From positions 35,528,001-35,592,000 of the forward strand of contig NC_086108.1 of assembly GCF_963921235.1 (NCBI RefSeq): DNA of 64,000 nucleotides, given 5' to 3'. Within the stretch, counting starts at the first letter, position 1; each line of letters opens with the position of its first letter. Under the pieces are notes generated by a model. It was given only the letters and a program-made list of their open reading frames with translations. It had not been told where the DNA came from and did not search any database. The position numbers and the translations under genes are program-made. Below, one piece after another: positions 49,991-63,100 of this stretch. This DNA is from Mobula hypostoma. Its lineage: Eukaryota.

Positions 49991-50799
49991 TGATACATTG
50001 CCTGCTTTTGATACTGTATAACTCATTTCTAATTTTAACTGCAACATTAATATAAAGCACAAATAGTAAGATGGCAAGCACTGGTCTTAGTGGAACACTG
50101 ATTTTTATCTTCCTCCTGAAGAACAATAATCTGAAACTTACTAGTCATGCTGGAGGGTACAGAAGATACTTATCTTTACATTTGCTGAGATGTCAAGAAC
50201 AAGTCAATGCAGACTCATTCACTGAATCATGTTAGAGGATAGGCTTTATGCTCAACACCAGCAGGGCAATGATCCTCTACCATCGTGCCTCTGCTATACA
50301 GCACTGTATTCTGGCAATGAAAGCTCATGGCAAGAGCCTGGGAGAATGGTTCCACTTCTCATATCCAGAACTCAAACTACTCTAGAAGAAATGCAACATT
50401 ACCACTGAGGCTGAAGCTGTGTACGGGGGTACCTTATTCCTCAGCTCCTATTGCTATAAACATAGTCTGAAAGCAATTTCTAGGAGAAGTTCAAAGTTTC
50501 TGTTTTCACCAGTCCTTTAAGTGGTGCAATGTGGCATAGCCTGAGTTGGTTTTAGTTTGTACGTATGTTTACTAGAATTATACACACTTGAACTATGCTA
50601 GCAAGGAAAACAGCATCATTGATGCATTGCTAGTGTTTATATCCTTAAACAAGGCACACGAGTTAATGGCACTGGAATAGAATAATATATCATCTCTGCA
50701 TAGTGATGTTTTAGAATGAGAGAACATGCACTGTTGAATTTGCATCAGTATGCAGTAACTCAGAGAGCTGTAGTACTAATCCATTTCAGATGGTTGCAT

Positions 50800-51142
50800 A
50801 CCTCCAGCCTGACAAATATCCATCATATCTTTCTCTTCCAAAATGACTATTACATCTGTACTACTACTGAACTTTTAATTCCATAGTCTGGAACAACTGA
50901 TTTGTGGCCCTTTCCTAAATGCCTTTTGGAAGACCACAAACAAAATATTATCCACCTGCTTTAATACTTCCAAGAACTTGATCGAACTATTTAACCACAA
51001 TTTTCCATCAACAATTTTATGGTGACTCATTTATTGGCCCAACATTACCAAATAATTGTCCTTAATTCCTCTAAATGTTTCTCTAAAATTGGCACTGGGT
51101 GATTCTCCTGCAATTGTCAAATTTAACCCTCTCCTATTTATA
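50800..51142 (-). mobile_element. Very old CR1 RT remnant abutting the satellite
   Basis: Minus strand reads ESP.N..GK....IKFLEV...VDNILFVVFQKAFRK, a decayed SQHGF..IEFFE..DFQKAFDK. Confidence 0.5.
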
Positions 51143-54100
51143 GCTAGAGGCTAGAGGCTGAAGTCTACAGGCTCGAGGGTAGGCAAGAGATGAGGCAAGG
51201 ATTGGCAGGAGGCTGGAGATGAGAATAGAGGCGAGGCTGGAGGCTGGAGGCTGGAGACTAGAGGCGAGGCTGGAGGCTGGAGGCTAGAAACTAGAGGCGA
51301 GGCTGGAGGCTGGAGGCGAGCCTGGAGGCTGGAGACTGGAGACTAGAGGTGAGCCTGGAGGCTGGAGGCTGGAGAATAGAGGTGAGCCTGGAGGCTGGAG
51401 GATGGAGGCTGGATGCGAGGCTGGAGGCGAGAGGTGAGGCTGGAGGCTGGAGACCAGAGGCGAGACCGGAGACTAGTGGCGAGGCTGGAGGCTGAAGACT
51501 AGAGGCGTGGCTGGAGGCTGGAGACTAGAGTCTACAGGCTCGAGGCTAGGCAAGAGACTAGGCGAGGCTTGACAGGAGGCTGGAGGCTGGAAACTAGAGG
51601 TGAGGCTGGAGGCGAGACTGGAGGCTGGAGGCTGGAGGATGGAGACTAGAGGCGAGGCTGGAGGCTGTAGACTGGAGACTAGAGGCGAGGCTGGAGACTA
51701 GAAGTGAGGCTGGAGGCTGGAGGCTGGAGGCTAGAGACTAGAGACTAGAGGCTAGAGGCTAGAGGCTGAAGTCTACAGGCTCGAGGGTAGGCAAGAGACG
51801 AGGCAAGGATTGGCCGGAGGATGGAGATGAGACTAGAGGCGTGGCTGGAAGCTGGAGGCTGGAGACTAGAGGCGAGGCTGGAGGCTGGAGGCTAGAGACT
51901 AGAGGCGAGACTGGAGGCTGGAGGTAAGCCTGGAGGCTGGAGGCTGGAGACTAGAGGCGAGCCTGGAGGCTGGAGGCTGGAGACTAGAGGCGAGCCTGGA
52001 GGCTGGAGGATGGAGGCTGGATGCGAGGCTGGAGGCGAGAGGTGAGGCTGGAGGCTGGATACCAGAGGCGAGACCGGAGACTAGAGTCGAGGCTGGAGGC
52101 TGAAGACTAGAGGCGTGGCTGGAGACTGGAGACTAGAGTCTACAGGCTCGAGGCTAGGCAAGAGACTAGGCGAGGCTTGGCAGGAGGCTGGAGATGAGAC
52201 CAGAGGCGAGGCTGGAGGCTGGAGGCTGGAGACTAGAGGTGAGGCTGGAGGCTGGAAGCTAGAGTCTACAGGCTCGAGGCTAGGCAAGAGACCAGGCGAG
52301 GCTTGGCAGGAGGCTGGAGGCTGGTAATTAGAGGCGAGGCTGGAGACTGGAGGCTTGAGACTAGAGGCGAGGCTGGAGGCTGGAGGCTGGAGACTAGAGT
52401 ATACAGGCTCGAGGCTAGGCAAGAGACTAGGCGAGGCTTGGCAGGAGGCTAGAAACGAGACTAGAGGCGAGGCTGGAAGCTGGAGGCTATAGACTCGAGG
52501 CGAGGCTGGAGACTGGAGACTGGAGGCAAGGCTGGAGGCTGGAGACTAGAGGCGAGACTGGAGACGAGACTAGAGGCGAGACTGGAGACTAGAGGCGAGG
52601 CTGGAGACTAGAGACTAGAGGCGAAGCTGGAGGCTGGAGACTAGAGGTGAGGCTGGAGAATAGAGGCGAGGCTGGAGACTAGAGGCGAGGCTGGAGGCTG
52701 GAGACTAGAGGCGAGGCTGGAGGCTAGACACTAGTGGCGAGGCTGGAGGCTGGAGGCTGGAGACTAGAGGCAAGGCTGGAGGCTGGAGGCTGGAGGCTGG
52801 AGACTAGAGGCGAGGCTGGAGGCTGGAGACTGGAGTCTACAGGCTCGAGGCTAGGCCAGGGACCAGGCGAGGCTTGGCAGGAGGCTGGAGGCGATACTAG
52901 AGGCGAGACTGGAGACTGGAGGCAAGGCTGGAGGCTGGAGACTAGAGGCGAGGCTGGAGGCTGGAGACTAGAGGCGAGGCTGGAGGCTGGAGACTAGAGG
53001 CGAGGCTGGGCGCTAGAGACTAGAGACTAGAGACTAGAGACTAGAGGTGAGGCTGGAGGCTGGAGGCTTGAGAATAGAGGCGAGAATGGAGGCTGGAGGC
53101 TGGAGACGAGACTAGAGGCGAGGCTGGAGGCTAGAGGCTGGAGACGAGACTAGAGACGAGGCTGGAGGATGGAGACTAGAGGCGAGGCTAGAGGCTGGAG
53201 AGGAGACTAGAGACGAGGCTGGAGGCTGGAGACTAGAGGCGAGGCTGGAGGCTGGAGGCTGGAGACTAGAGACAAGGCTGGAGGCTGGAGGCTGGAGACC
53301 AGAGGCGAGGCTGGAGGCTGGAGGCTAGAGACTAGAGGTGAGGCTGGAGGCTGGAAGCTAGAGACTAGAGGCTGGAGGCTGGAGGCTGGAAGCTGGAGGC
53401 TGGAGGCTGGAGACTAGAGTCTACAGGCTCGAGGCTAGGCAAGGGACCAGGCGAGGCTTGGCAGGAGGCTGGAGGCTAGAGACTAGAGGCGACGCTGGAG
53501 GTTGGAGGCTAGAGACTAGAGACTAGAGGCTGGAGGCTGGAGACTAGAAGCGAGGCTGGAGACTGGAGACGAGGCTGGAGGCTGGAGACTAGAGGCGAGG
53601 CTGGAGACTGGAGACTGGAGGCAAGGCTGGAGGCTGGAGACTAGAGGCTGGAGGCTGGAGACTAGAGGCGAGGCTGGACGCTAGAGACTAAAGACTAGAG
53701 ACTAGAGACTCGAGGTGAGGCTGGAGGCTGGAGGCTGGAGAATAGAGGCGAGGCTGGAGGCTGGAGGCTGGAGGCTGGAGACGAGACTAGAGGCGAGGCT
53801 GGAGGCTAGAGGCTGGAGACGAGACTAGAGACAAGGCTGGAGGCTGGAGACTAGAGGCAAGGCTGGAGGCTGGAGGCTGGAGACTAGAGGCGAGACTGGA
53901 CGCTAGAGGCTGGAGGCTGGAGACGAGACCAGAGATGAGGCTGGAGGCTGGAGACTAGAGGCGAGGCTGGAGGCTGGAGGCTGGAGACCAGAGGCGAGGC
54001 TGGAGGCTGGAGGCTAGAGACTAGAGGTGAGGCTGGAGGCTGGAAGCTAGAGACTAGAGGCTGGAGGCTGGAGGCTGGAAGCTGGAGGCTGGAGGCTGGA

Positions 54101-57100
54101 GACTAGACTCTACAGGCTCGAGGCTAGGCAAGGGACCAGGCAAGGCTTAGCAGGAGGCTGGAGGCTAGAGACTAGAGGCGACGCTGGAGGTTGGAGGCTA
54201 GAGGCTAGAGACTAGAGGCTGGAGGCTGGAGACTAGAAGCGAGGCTGGAGACTAGAGACAAGGCTGGAGGCTGGAGGCTGGAGACTAGAGGCGAGGCTGG
54301 AGGCTGGAGACTGGAGTCTACAGGCTCGAGGCTAGGCCAGGGACCAGGCGAGGCTTGGCAGGAGGCTGGAGGCGATACTAGAGGCGAGACTGGAGACTGG
54401 AGGCAAGGCTGGAGGCTGGAGACTAGAGGCGAGGCTGGAGGCTGGAGACTAGACTCTACAGGCTCGAGGCTAGGCAAGGGACCAGGCAAGGCTTAGCAGG
54501 AGGCTGGAGGCTAGAGACTAGAGGCGACGCTGGAGGTTGGAGGCTAGAGGCTAGAGACTAGAGGCTGGAGGCTGGAGACTAGAAGCGAGGCTGGAGACTG
54601 GAGACGAGGCTGGAGGCTGGAGACTAGAGGCGAGGCTGGAGACTGGAGACTGGAGGCAAGGCTGGAGGCTGGAGACTAAAGGCTGGAGGCTGGAGACTAG
54701 AGGTGAGGCTGGACACTAGAGACTAAAGACTAGAGACTAGAGACTCGAGGTGAGGCTGGAGGCTGGAGAATAGAGGCGAGGCTGGAGGCTGGAGGCTGGA
54801 GACGAGACTAGAGGCGAGGCTGGAGGCTGGAGGCTGGAGATGAGACTAGAGGCAAGGCTGGAGGCTGGAGGCTGGAGACTAGAGGCGAGACTGGACGCTA
54901 GAGGCTGGAGGCTGGAGACGAGACCAGAGACGAGGCTGGAGGCTGGAGACTAGAGGCGAGGCTGGAGGCTGGAGGCTGGAGACCAGAGGCGAGGCTGGAG
55001 GCTGGAGGCTAGAGACTAGAGGTGCCGCTGGAGGCTGGAAGCTAGAGACTAGAGGCTGGAGGCTGGAGGCTGGAAGCTGGAGGCTGGAGGCTGGAGACTA
55101 GACTCTACAGGCTCGAGGCTAGGCAAGGGACCAGGCAAGGCTTAGCAGGAGGCTGGAGGCTAGAGACTAGAGGCGACGCTGGAGGTTGGAGGCTAGAGGC
55201 TAGAGACTAGAGGCTGGAGGCTGGAGACTAGAAGCGAGGCTGGAGACTGGAGACGAGGCTGGAGGCTGGAGACTAGAGGCGAGGCTGGAGACTGGAGACT
55301 GGAGGCAAGGCTGGAGGCTGGAGACTAGAGGCTGGAGGCTGGAGACTAGAGGCGAGGCTGGACACTAGAGACTAAAGACTAGAGACTAGAGACTCGAGGT
55401 GAGGCTGGAGGCTGGAGAATAGAGGCGAGGCTGGAGGCTGGAGGCTGGAGACGAGACTAGAGGCGAGGCTGGAGGCTGGAGGCTGGAGATGAGACTAGAG
55501 ACAAGGCTGGAGGCTGGAGACTAGAGGCAAGGCTGGAGGCTGGAGGCTGGAGACTAGAGGCGAGACTAGAGGCTAGAGGTTGGAGACGGGACTAGAGACG
55601 AGGCTGGAGGCTGGAGACTAGAGGCGAGGCTGGAGGCTGGAGGCTGGAGACTAGAGGCGAGGCTGCAGGCTGGAGGCTGGAGACTAGAGTCGAGGCTGGA
55701 GTCTGGAGGCTGGAGAATAGAGGCGAGGCTGCAGGCTGGAGGCTGGAGACTAGAGACAAGGCTGGAGGCTGGAGGCTGGAGAGCAGAGGTGAGGCTGGAG
55801 GCTGGAGGCTAGAGACTAGAGGTGAGGCTGGAGGCTGGAAGCTAGAGACTAGAGGCTGGAGGCTGGAGGCTGGAGACTAGAGTCTACAGGCTCGAGGCTA
55901 GGCAAGGGTCCAGGCGAGGCTTGGCAGGAGGCTGGAGGCTAGAGACTAGAGGCGACGCTGGAGGTTGGAGGCTAGAGACTAGAGACTAGAGGCTGGAGGT
56001 TGGAGACCAGAAGCGAGGCTGGAGACTGGAGACGAGGCTGGAGACTGGAGACTAGAGGCGAGGCTGGAGGCAAGGCTGGAGGCTGGAGACTGGAGGCGAG
56101 GCTGGAGGCTGGAGACTAGAGGCGAGGCTGGAGGCTGGAGACTAGAGGCGAGACTGGAGACTACAGTTGAGGCTGGAGGCTGGAGGCTGGAGAATAGAGG
56201 CGAGGCTGGAGGCTGGAGGCTAGAGACGAGACTAGAGGCGATGCTGGAGGCTAGAGACTAGAGACTAGAGGCCGGAGGCTGGAGACGAGGCTGGAGGCTG
56301 GAGACTAGAGGCGAGGCTGGAGACTGGAGACTGGAGACTGGAGGCAAGGCTGGAGGCTGGAGACTAGAGCCGAGGCTGGAGGCTGGAGACTGGAGACTAG
56401 AGGCGAGGCTGGACGCTAGAGACTAAAGACTAGAGACTAGAGACTAGATGTGAGGCTGGAGGCTGGAGGCTGGAGAATAGAGGCGAGGCTGGAGGCTGGA
56501 GGCTGGAGACGAGACTAGAAGCGAGGCTGGAGGCTGGAGGCTGGAGACTAGAGACTAGAGGCGAGGCTGGAGGCTGGAGACTAGAGGCGAGGCTGCAGGC
56601 TGGAGACTAGAGGCGAGGCTGGAGACTACAGTTGAGGCTGGAGGCTGGAGGCTGGAGAATAGAGGCGAGGCTGGAGGCTGGAGGCTAGAGACGAGACTAG
56701 AGGCGATGCTGGAGGCTAGAGACTAGAGACTAGAGGCCGGAGGCTGGAGACGAGGCTGGAGGCTGGAGACTAGAGGCGAGGCTGGAGACTGGAGACTGGA
56801 GACTGGAGGCAAGGCTGGAGGCTGGAGACTAGAGCCGAGGCTGGAGGCTGGAGACTGGAGACTAGAGGCGAGGCTGGACGCTAGAGACTAAAGACTAGAG
56901 ACTAGAGACTAGATGTGAGGCTGGAGGCTGGAGGCTGGAGAATAGAGGCGAGGCTGGAGGCTGGAGGCTGGAGACGAGACTAGAAGCGAGGCTGGAGGCT
57001 GGAGGCTGGAGACTAGAGACTAGAGGCGAGGCTGGAGGCTGGAGACTAGAGGCGAGGCTGCAGGCTGGAGGCTGGAGACTAGAGTCGAGGCTGGAGGCTG

Positions 57101-60100
57101 GAGGCTGGAGACTAGTGGCGAGGCTGGAGGCTGGAGGCTGGAGACTAGAGACAAGGCTGGAGGCTGGAGGCTGGAGACCAGAGGCGAGGCTGGAGGCTGG
57201 AGGCTAGAGACTTGAGGCGAGGCTGGAGGCTGGAGGCTAGAGACTAGAGACTAGAGGCTGGAGGCTGGAGGCTAGAGACTGGAGGCTCGAGACTGGAGGC
57301 TCGAGACTAGAGTCAACAGGCTCGAGGCTAGGCAAGGGACCAGGCGAGGCTTGGCAGGAGGCTGGAGGCTAGAGACTAGAGGCGACGCTGGAGGTTGGAG
57401 GCTAGAGACTAGAGGCTAGAGGCTGGAGACTAGAAGCGAGTTTGGAGACTGGAGACGAGGCTGGAGGCTGGAGACTAGAGGCGAGGCTGGAGACAGGAGA
57501 CTGGAGGCTGGAGACTAGAGGCGAGGCTGGAGGCTGGAGGCTGGAGACCAGAGGCAAGGCTGGAAGCTGGAGGCTGGAGACTAGAGGCGAGGCTGCAGGC
57601 TGGAGGCTGGAGACTAGAGTCGAGGCTGGAGGCTGGAGGCTGGAGACTAGAGGCGAGGCTGGAGGCTGGAGGCTGGAGACTAGAGACAAGGCTGGAGGCT
57701 GCAGGCTAGAGACTAGAGGCGAGGCAGGAGGCTTGGCTTGGCAAGAGTCTAGAGGCTAGAGGCTGAAGTCTACAGGCTGGATGCTTGGCTTGGCAAGAGT
57801 CTAGAGGCAAGAAGTTGAAGTCTACAGGCTCGAGGCTAGGCAAGAGACCAGGCGAGGCTTGGCAGGAGGCTGGAGACGAGACTGGAGGCGAGGCTCGAAG
57901 CTGGAGGCTGGAGACTAGAGGCGAGGCTGGAGACTGGAGACTGGAGGCAAGGCTGGAGGCTGGAGACTAGAGGCGAGACTGGAGACGAGACTAGAGGCGA
58001 GACTGGAGACTAGAGGCGAGGCTGGAGACTAGAGACTAGAGGCGAAGCTGGAGGCTGGAGACTAGAGGTGAGGCTGGAGAATAGAGGCGAGGCTGGAGAC
58101 TAGAGGCGAGGCTGGAGGCTGGAGACTAGAGGCGAGGCTGGAGGCTAGACACTAGTGGCGAGGCTGGAGGCTGGAGGCTGGAGACTAGAGGCAAGGCTGG
58201 AGGCTGGAGGCTGGAGGCTGGAGACTAGAGGCGAGGCTGGAGGCTGGAGACTGGAGTCTACAGGCTCGAGGCTAGGCCAGGGACCAGGCGAGGCTTGGCA
58301 GGAGGCTGGAGGCGATACTAGAGGCGAGACTGGAGACTGGAGGCAAGGCTGGAGGCTGGAGACTAGAGGCGAGGCTGGAGGCTGGAGACTAGAGGCGAGG
58401 CTGGAGGCTGGAGACTAGAGGCGAGGCTGGGCGCTAGAGACTAGAGACTAGAGACTAGAGACTAGAGGTGAGGCTGGAGGCTGGAGGCTTGAGAATAGAG
58501 GCGAGGCTGGAGGCTGGAGGCTGGAGACGAGACTAGAGGCGAGGCTGGAGGCTAGAGGCTGGAGACGAGACTAGAGACGAGGCTGGAGGATGGAGACTAG
58601 AGGCGAGGCTAGAGGCTGGAGACGAGACTAGAGACGAGGCTGGAGGCTGGAGACTAGAGGCGAGGCTGGAGGCTGGAGGCTGGAGACTAGAGACAAGGCT
58701 GGAGGCTGGAGGCTGGAGACCAGAGGCGAGGCTGGAGGCTGGAGGCTAGAGACTAGAGGTGAGGCTGGAGGCTGGAAGCTAGAGACTAGAGGCTGGAGGC
58801 TGGAGGCTGGAAGCTGGAGGCTGGAGGCTGGAGACTAGAGTCTACAGGCTCGAGGCTAGGCAAGGGACCAGGCGAGGCTTGGCAGGAGGCTGGAGGCTAG
58901 AGACTAGAGGCGACGCTGGAGGTTGGAGGCTAGAGACTAGAGACTAGAGGCTGGAGGCTGGAGACTAGAAGCGAGGCTGGAGACTGGAGACGAGGCTGGA
59001 GGCTGGAGACTAGAGGCGAGGCTGGAGACTGGAGACTGGAGGCAAGGCTGGAGGCTGGAGACTAGAGGCTGGAGGCTGGAGACTAGAGGCGAGGCTGGAC
59101 GCTAGAGACTAAAGACTAGAGACTAGAGACTCGAGGTGAGGCTGGAGGCTGGAGGCTGGAGAATAGAGGCGAGGCTGGAGGCTGGAGGCTGGAGGCTGGA
59201 GACGAGACTAGAGGCGAGGCTGGAGGCTAGAGGCGAGGCTGCAGGCTGGAGGCTGGAGACTAGAGTCGAGGCTGGAGTCTGGAGGCTGGAGAATAGAGGC
59301 GAGGCTGCAGGCTGGAGGCTGGAGACTAGAGACAAGGCTGGAGGCTGGAGGCTGGAGAGCAGAGGTGAGGCTGGAGGCTGGAGGCTAGAGACTAGAGGTG
59401 AGGCTGGAGGCTGGAAGCTAGAGACCAGAGGCTGGAGGCTGGAGGCTGGAGGCTGGAGACTAGAGTCTACAGGCTCGAGGCTAGGCAAGGGTCCAGGCGA
59501 GGCTTGGCAGGAGGCTGGAGGCTAGAGACTAGAGGCGACGCTGGAGGTTGGAGGCTAGAGACTAGAGACTAGAGGCTGGAGGTTGGAGACCAGAAGCGAG
59601 GCTGGAGACTGGAGACGAGGCTGGAGACTGGAGACTAGAGGCGAGGCTGGAGACTGGAGACTGGAGGCTGGAGGCAAGGCTGGAGGCTGGAGACTGGAGG
59701 CGAGGCTGGAGGCTGGAGACTAGAGGCGAGGCTGGAGGCTGGAGACTAGAGGCGAGACTGGAGACTACAGTTGAGGCTGGAGGCTGGAGGCTGGAGAATA
59801 GAGGCGAGGCTGGAGGCTGGAGGCTAGAGACGAGACTAGAGGCGATGCTGGAGGCTAGAGACTAGAGACTAGAGGCCGGAGGCTGGAGACGAGGCTGGAG
59901 GCTGGAGACTAGAGGCGAGGCTGGAGACTGGAGACTGGAGACTGGAGGCAAGGCTGGAGGCTGGAGACTAGAGCCGAGGCTGGAGGCTGGAGACTGGAGA
60001 CTAGAGGCGAGGCTGGACGCTAGAGACTAAAGACTAGAGACTAGAGACTAGATGTGAGGCTGGAGGCTGGAGGCTGGAGAATAGAGGCGAGGCTGGAGGC

Positions 60101-63100
60101 TGGAGGCTGGAGACGAGACTAGAAGCGAGGCTGGAGGCTGGAGGCTGGAGACTAGAGACTAGAGGCGAGGCTGGAGGCTGGAGACTAGAGGCGAGGCTGC
60201 AGGCTGGAGGCTGGAGACTAGAGTCGAGGCTGGAGGCTGGAGGCTGGAGACTAGTGGCGAGGCTGGAGGCTGGAGGCTGGAGACTAGAGACAAGGCTGGA
60301 GGCTGGAGGCTGGAGACCAGAGGCGAGGCTGGAGGCTGGAGGCTAGAGACTTGAGGCGAGGCTGGAGGCTGGAGGCTAGAGACTAGAGACTAGAGGCTGG
60401 AGGCTGGAGGCTAGAGACTGGAGGCTCGAGACTGGAGGCTCGAGACTAGAGTCAACAGGCTCGAGGCTAGGCAAGGGACCAGGCGAGGCTTGGCAGGAGG
60501 CTGGAGGCTAGAGACTAGAGGCGACGCTGGAGGTTGGAGGCTAGAGACTAGAGGCTAGAGGCTGGAGACTAGAAGCGAGTTTGGAGACTGGAGACGAGGC
60601 TGGAGGCTGGAGACTAGAGGCGAGGCTGGAGACAGGAGACTGGAGGCTGGAGACTAGAGGCAAGGCTGGAGGCTGGAGGCTGGAGACCAGAGGCAAGGCT
60701 GGAAGCTGGAGGCTGGAGACTAGAGGCGAGGCTGCAGGCTGGAGGCTGGAGACTAGAGTCGAGGCTGGAGGCTGGAGGCTGGAGACTAGAGGCGAGGCTG
60801 GAGGCTGGAGGCTGGAGACTAGAGACAAGGCTGGAGGCTGCAGGCTAGAGACTAGAGGCGAGGCAGGAGGCTTGGCTTGGCAAGAGTCTAGAGGCTAGAG
60901 GCTGAAGTCTACAGGCTGGATGCTTGGCTTGGCAAGAGTCTAGAGGCAAGAAGCTGAAGTCTACAGGCTCGAGGCTAGGCAAGAGACCAGGCGAGGCTTG
61001 GCAGGAGGCTGGAGACGAGACTGGAGGCGAGGCTCGAAGCTGGAGGCTGGAGACTAGAGGCGAGGCTGGAGACTGGAGACTGGAGGCAAGGCTGGAGGCT
61101 GGAGACTAGAGGCGAGACTGGAGACGAGACTAGAGGCGAGACTGGAGACTAGAGGCGAGGCTGGAGACTAGAGACTAGAGGCGAAGCTGGAGGCTGGAGA
61201 CTAGAGGTGAGGCTGGAGAATAGAGGCGAGGCTGGAGACTAGAGGCGAGGCTGGAGGCTGGAGACTAGAGGCGAGGCTGGAGGCTAGACACTAGTGGCGA
61301 GGCTGGAGGCTGGAGGCTGGAGACTAGAGGCAAGGCTGGAGGCTGGAGGCTGGAGGCTGGAGACTAGAGGCGAGGCTGGAGGCTGGAGACTGGAGTCTAC
61401 AGGCTCGAGGCTAGGCCAGGGACCAGGCGAGGCTTGGCAGGAGGCTGGAGGCGATACTAGAGGCGAGACTGGAGACTGGAGGCAAGGCTGGAGGCTGGAG
61501 ACTAGAGGCGAGGCTGGAGGCTGGAGACTAGAGGCGAGGCTGGGCGCTAGAGACTAGAGACTAGAGACTAGAGACTAGAGGTGAGGCTGGAGGATGGAGG
61601 CTTGAGAATAGAGGCGAGGCTGGAGGCTGGAGGCTGGAGACGAGACTAGAGGCGAGGCTGAAGGCTAGAGGCTGGAGACGAGACTAGAGACGAGGCTGGA
61701 GGATGGAGACTAGAGGCGAGGCTAGAGGCTGGAGACGAGACTAGAGACGAGGCTGGAGGCTGGAGACTAGAGGCGAGGCTGGAGGCTGGAGGCTGGAGAC
61801 TAGAGACAAGGCTGGAGGCTGGAGGCTGGAGACTAGAGGCAAGGCTGGAGGCTGGAGGCTGGAGGCTGGAGACTAGAGGCGAGGCTGGAGGCTGGAGACT
61901 GGAGTCTACAGGCTCGAGGCTAGGCCAGGGACCAGGCGAGGCTTGGCAGGAGGCTGGAGGCGATACTAGAGGCGAGACTGGAGACTGGAGGCAAGGCTGG
62001 AGGCTGGAGACTAGAGGCGAGGCTGGAGGCTGGAGACTAGAGGCGAGGCTGGAGGCTGGAGACTAGAGGCGAGGCTGGGCGCTAGAGACTAGAGACTAGA
62101 GACTAGAGACTAGAGGTGAGGCTGGAGGCTGGAGGCTTGAGAATAGAGGCGAGGCAGGAGGCTGGAGGCTGGAGACGAGACTAGAGGCGAGGCTGGAGGC
62201 TAGAGGCTGGAGACGAGACTAGAGACGAGGCTGGAGGATGGAGACTAGAGGCGAGGCTAGAGGCTGGAGACGAGACTAGAGACGAGGCTGGAGGCTGGAG
62301 ACTAGAGGCGAGGCTGGAGGCTGGAGGCTGGAGACTAGAGACAAGGCTGGAGGCTGGAGGCTGGAGACCAGAGGCGAGGCTGGAGGCTGGAGGCTAGAGA
62401 CTAGAGGTGAGGCTGGAGGCTGGAAGCTAGAGACTAGAGGCTGGAGGCTGGAGGCTGGAAGCTGGAGGCTGGAGGCTGGAGACTAGAGTCTACAGGCTCG
62501 AGGCTAGGCAAGGGACCAGGCGAGGCTTGGCAGGAGGCTGGAGGCTAGAGACTAGAGGCGACGCTGGAGGTTGGAGGCTAGAGACTAGAGACTAGAGGCT
62601 GGAGGCTGGAGACTAGAAGCGAGGCTGGAGACTGGAGACGAGGCTGGAGGCTGGAGACTAGAGGCGAGGCTGGAGACTGGAGACTGGAGGCAAGGCTGGA
62701 GGCTGGAGACTAGAGGCTGGAGGCTGGAGACTAGAGGCGAGGCTGGACGCTAGAGACTAAAGACTAGAGACTAGAGACTCGAGGTGAGGCTGGAGGCTGG
62801 AGGCTGGAGAATAGAGGCGAGGCTGGAGGCTGGAGGCTGGAGGCTGGAGGCTGGAGGCTGGAGACGAGACTAGAGGCGAGGCTGGAGGCTAGAGGCTGGA
62901 GACGAGACTAGAGACAAGGCTGGAGGCTGGAGACTAGAGGCAAGGCTGGAGGCTGGAGGCTGGAGACTAGAGGCGAGACTGGACGCTAGAGGCTGGAGGC
63001 TGGAGACGAGACCAGAGATGAGGCTGGAGGCTGGAGACTAGAGGCGAGGCTGGAGGCTGGAGGCTGGAGGCTGGAGACCAGAGGCGAGGCTGGAGGCTGG

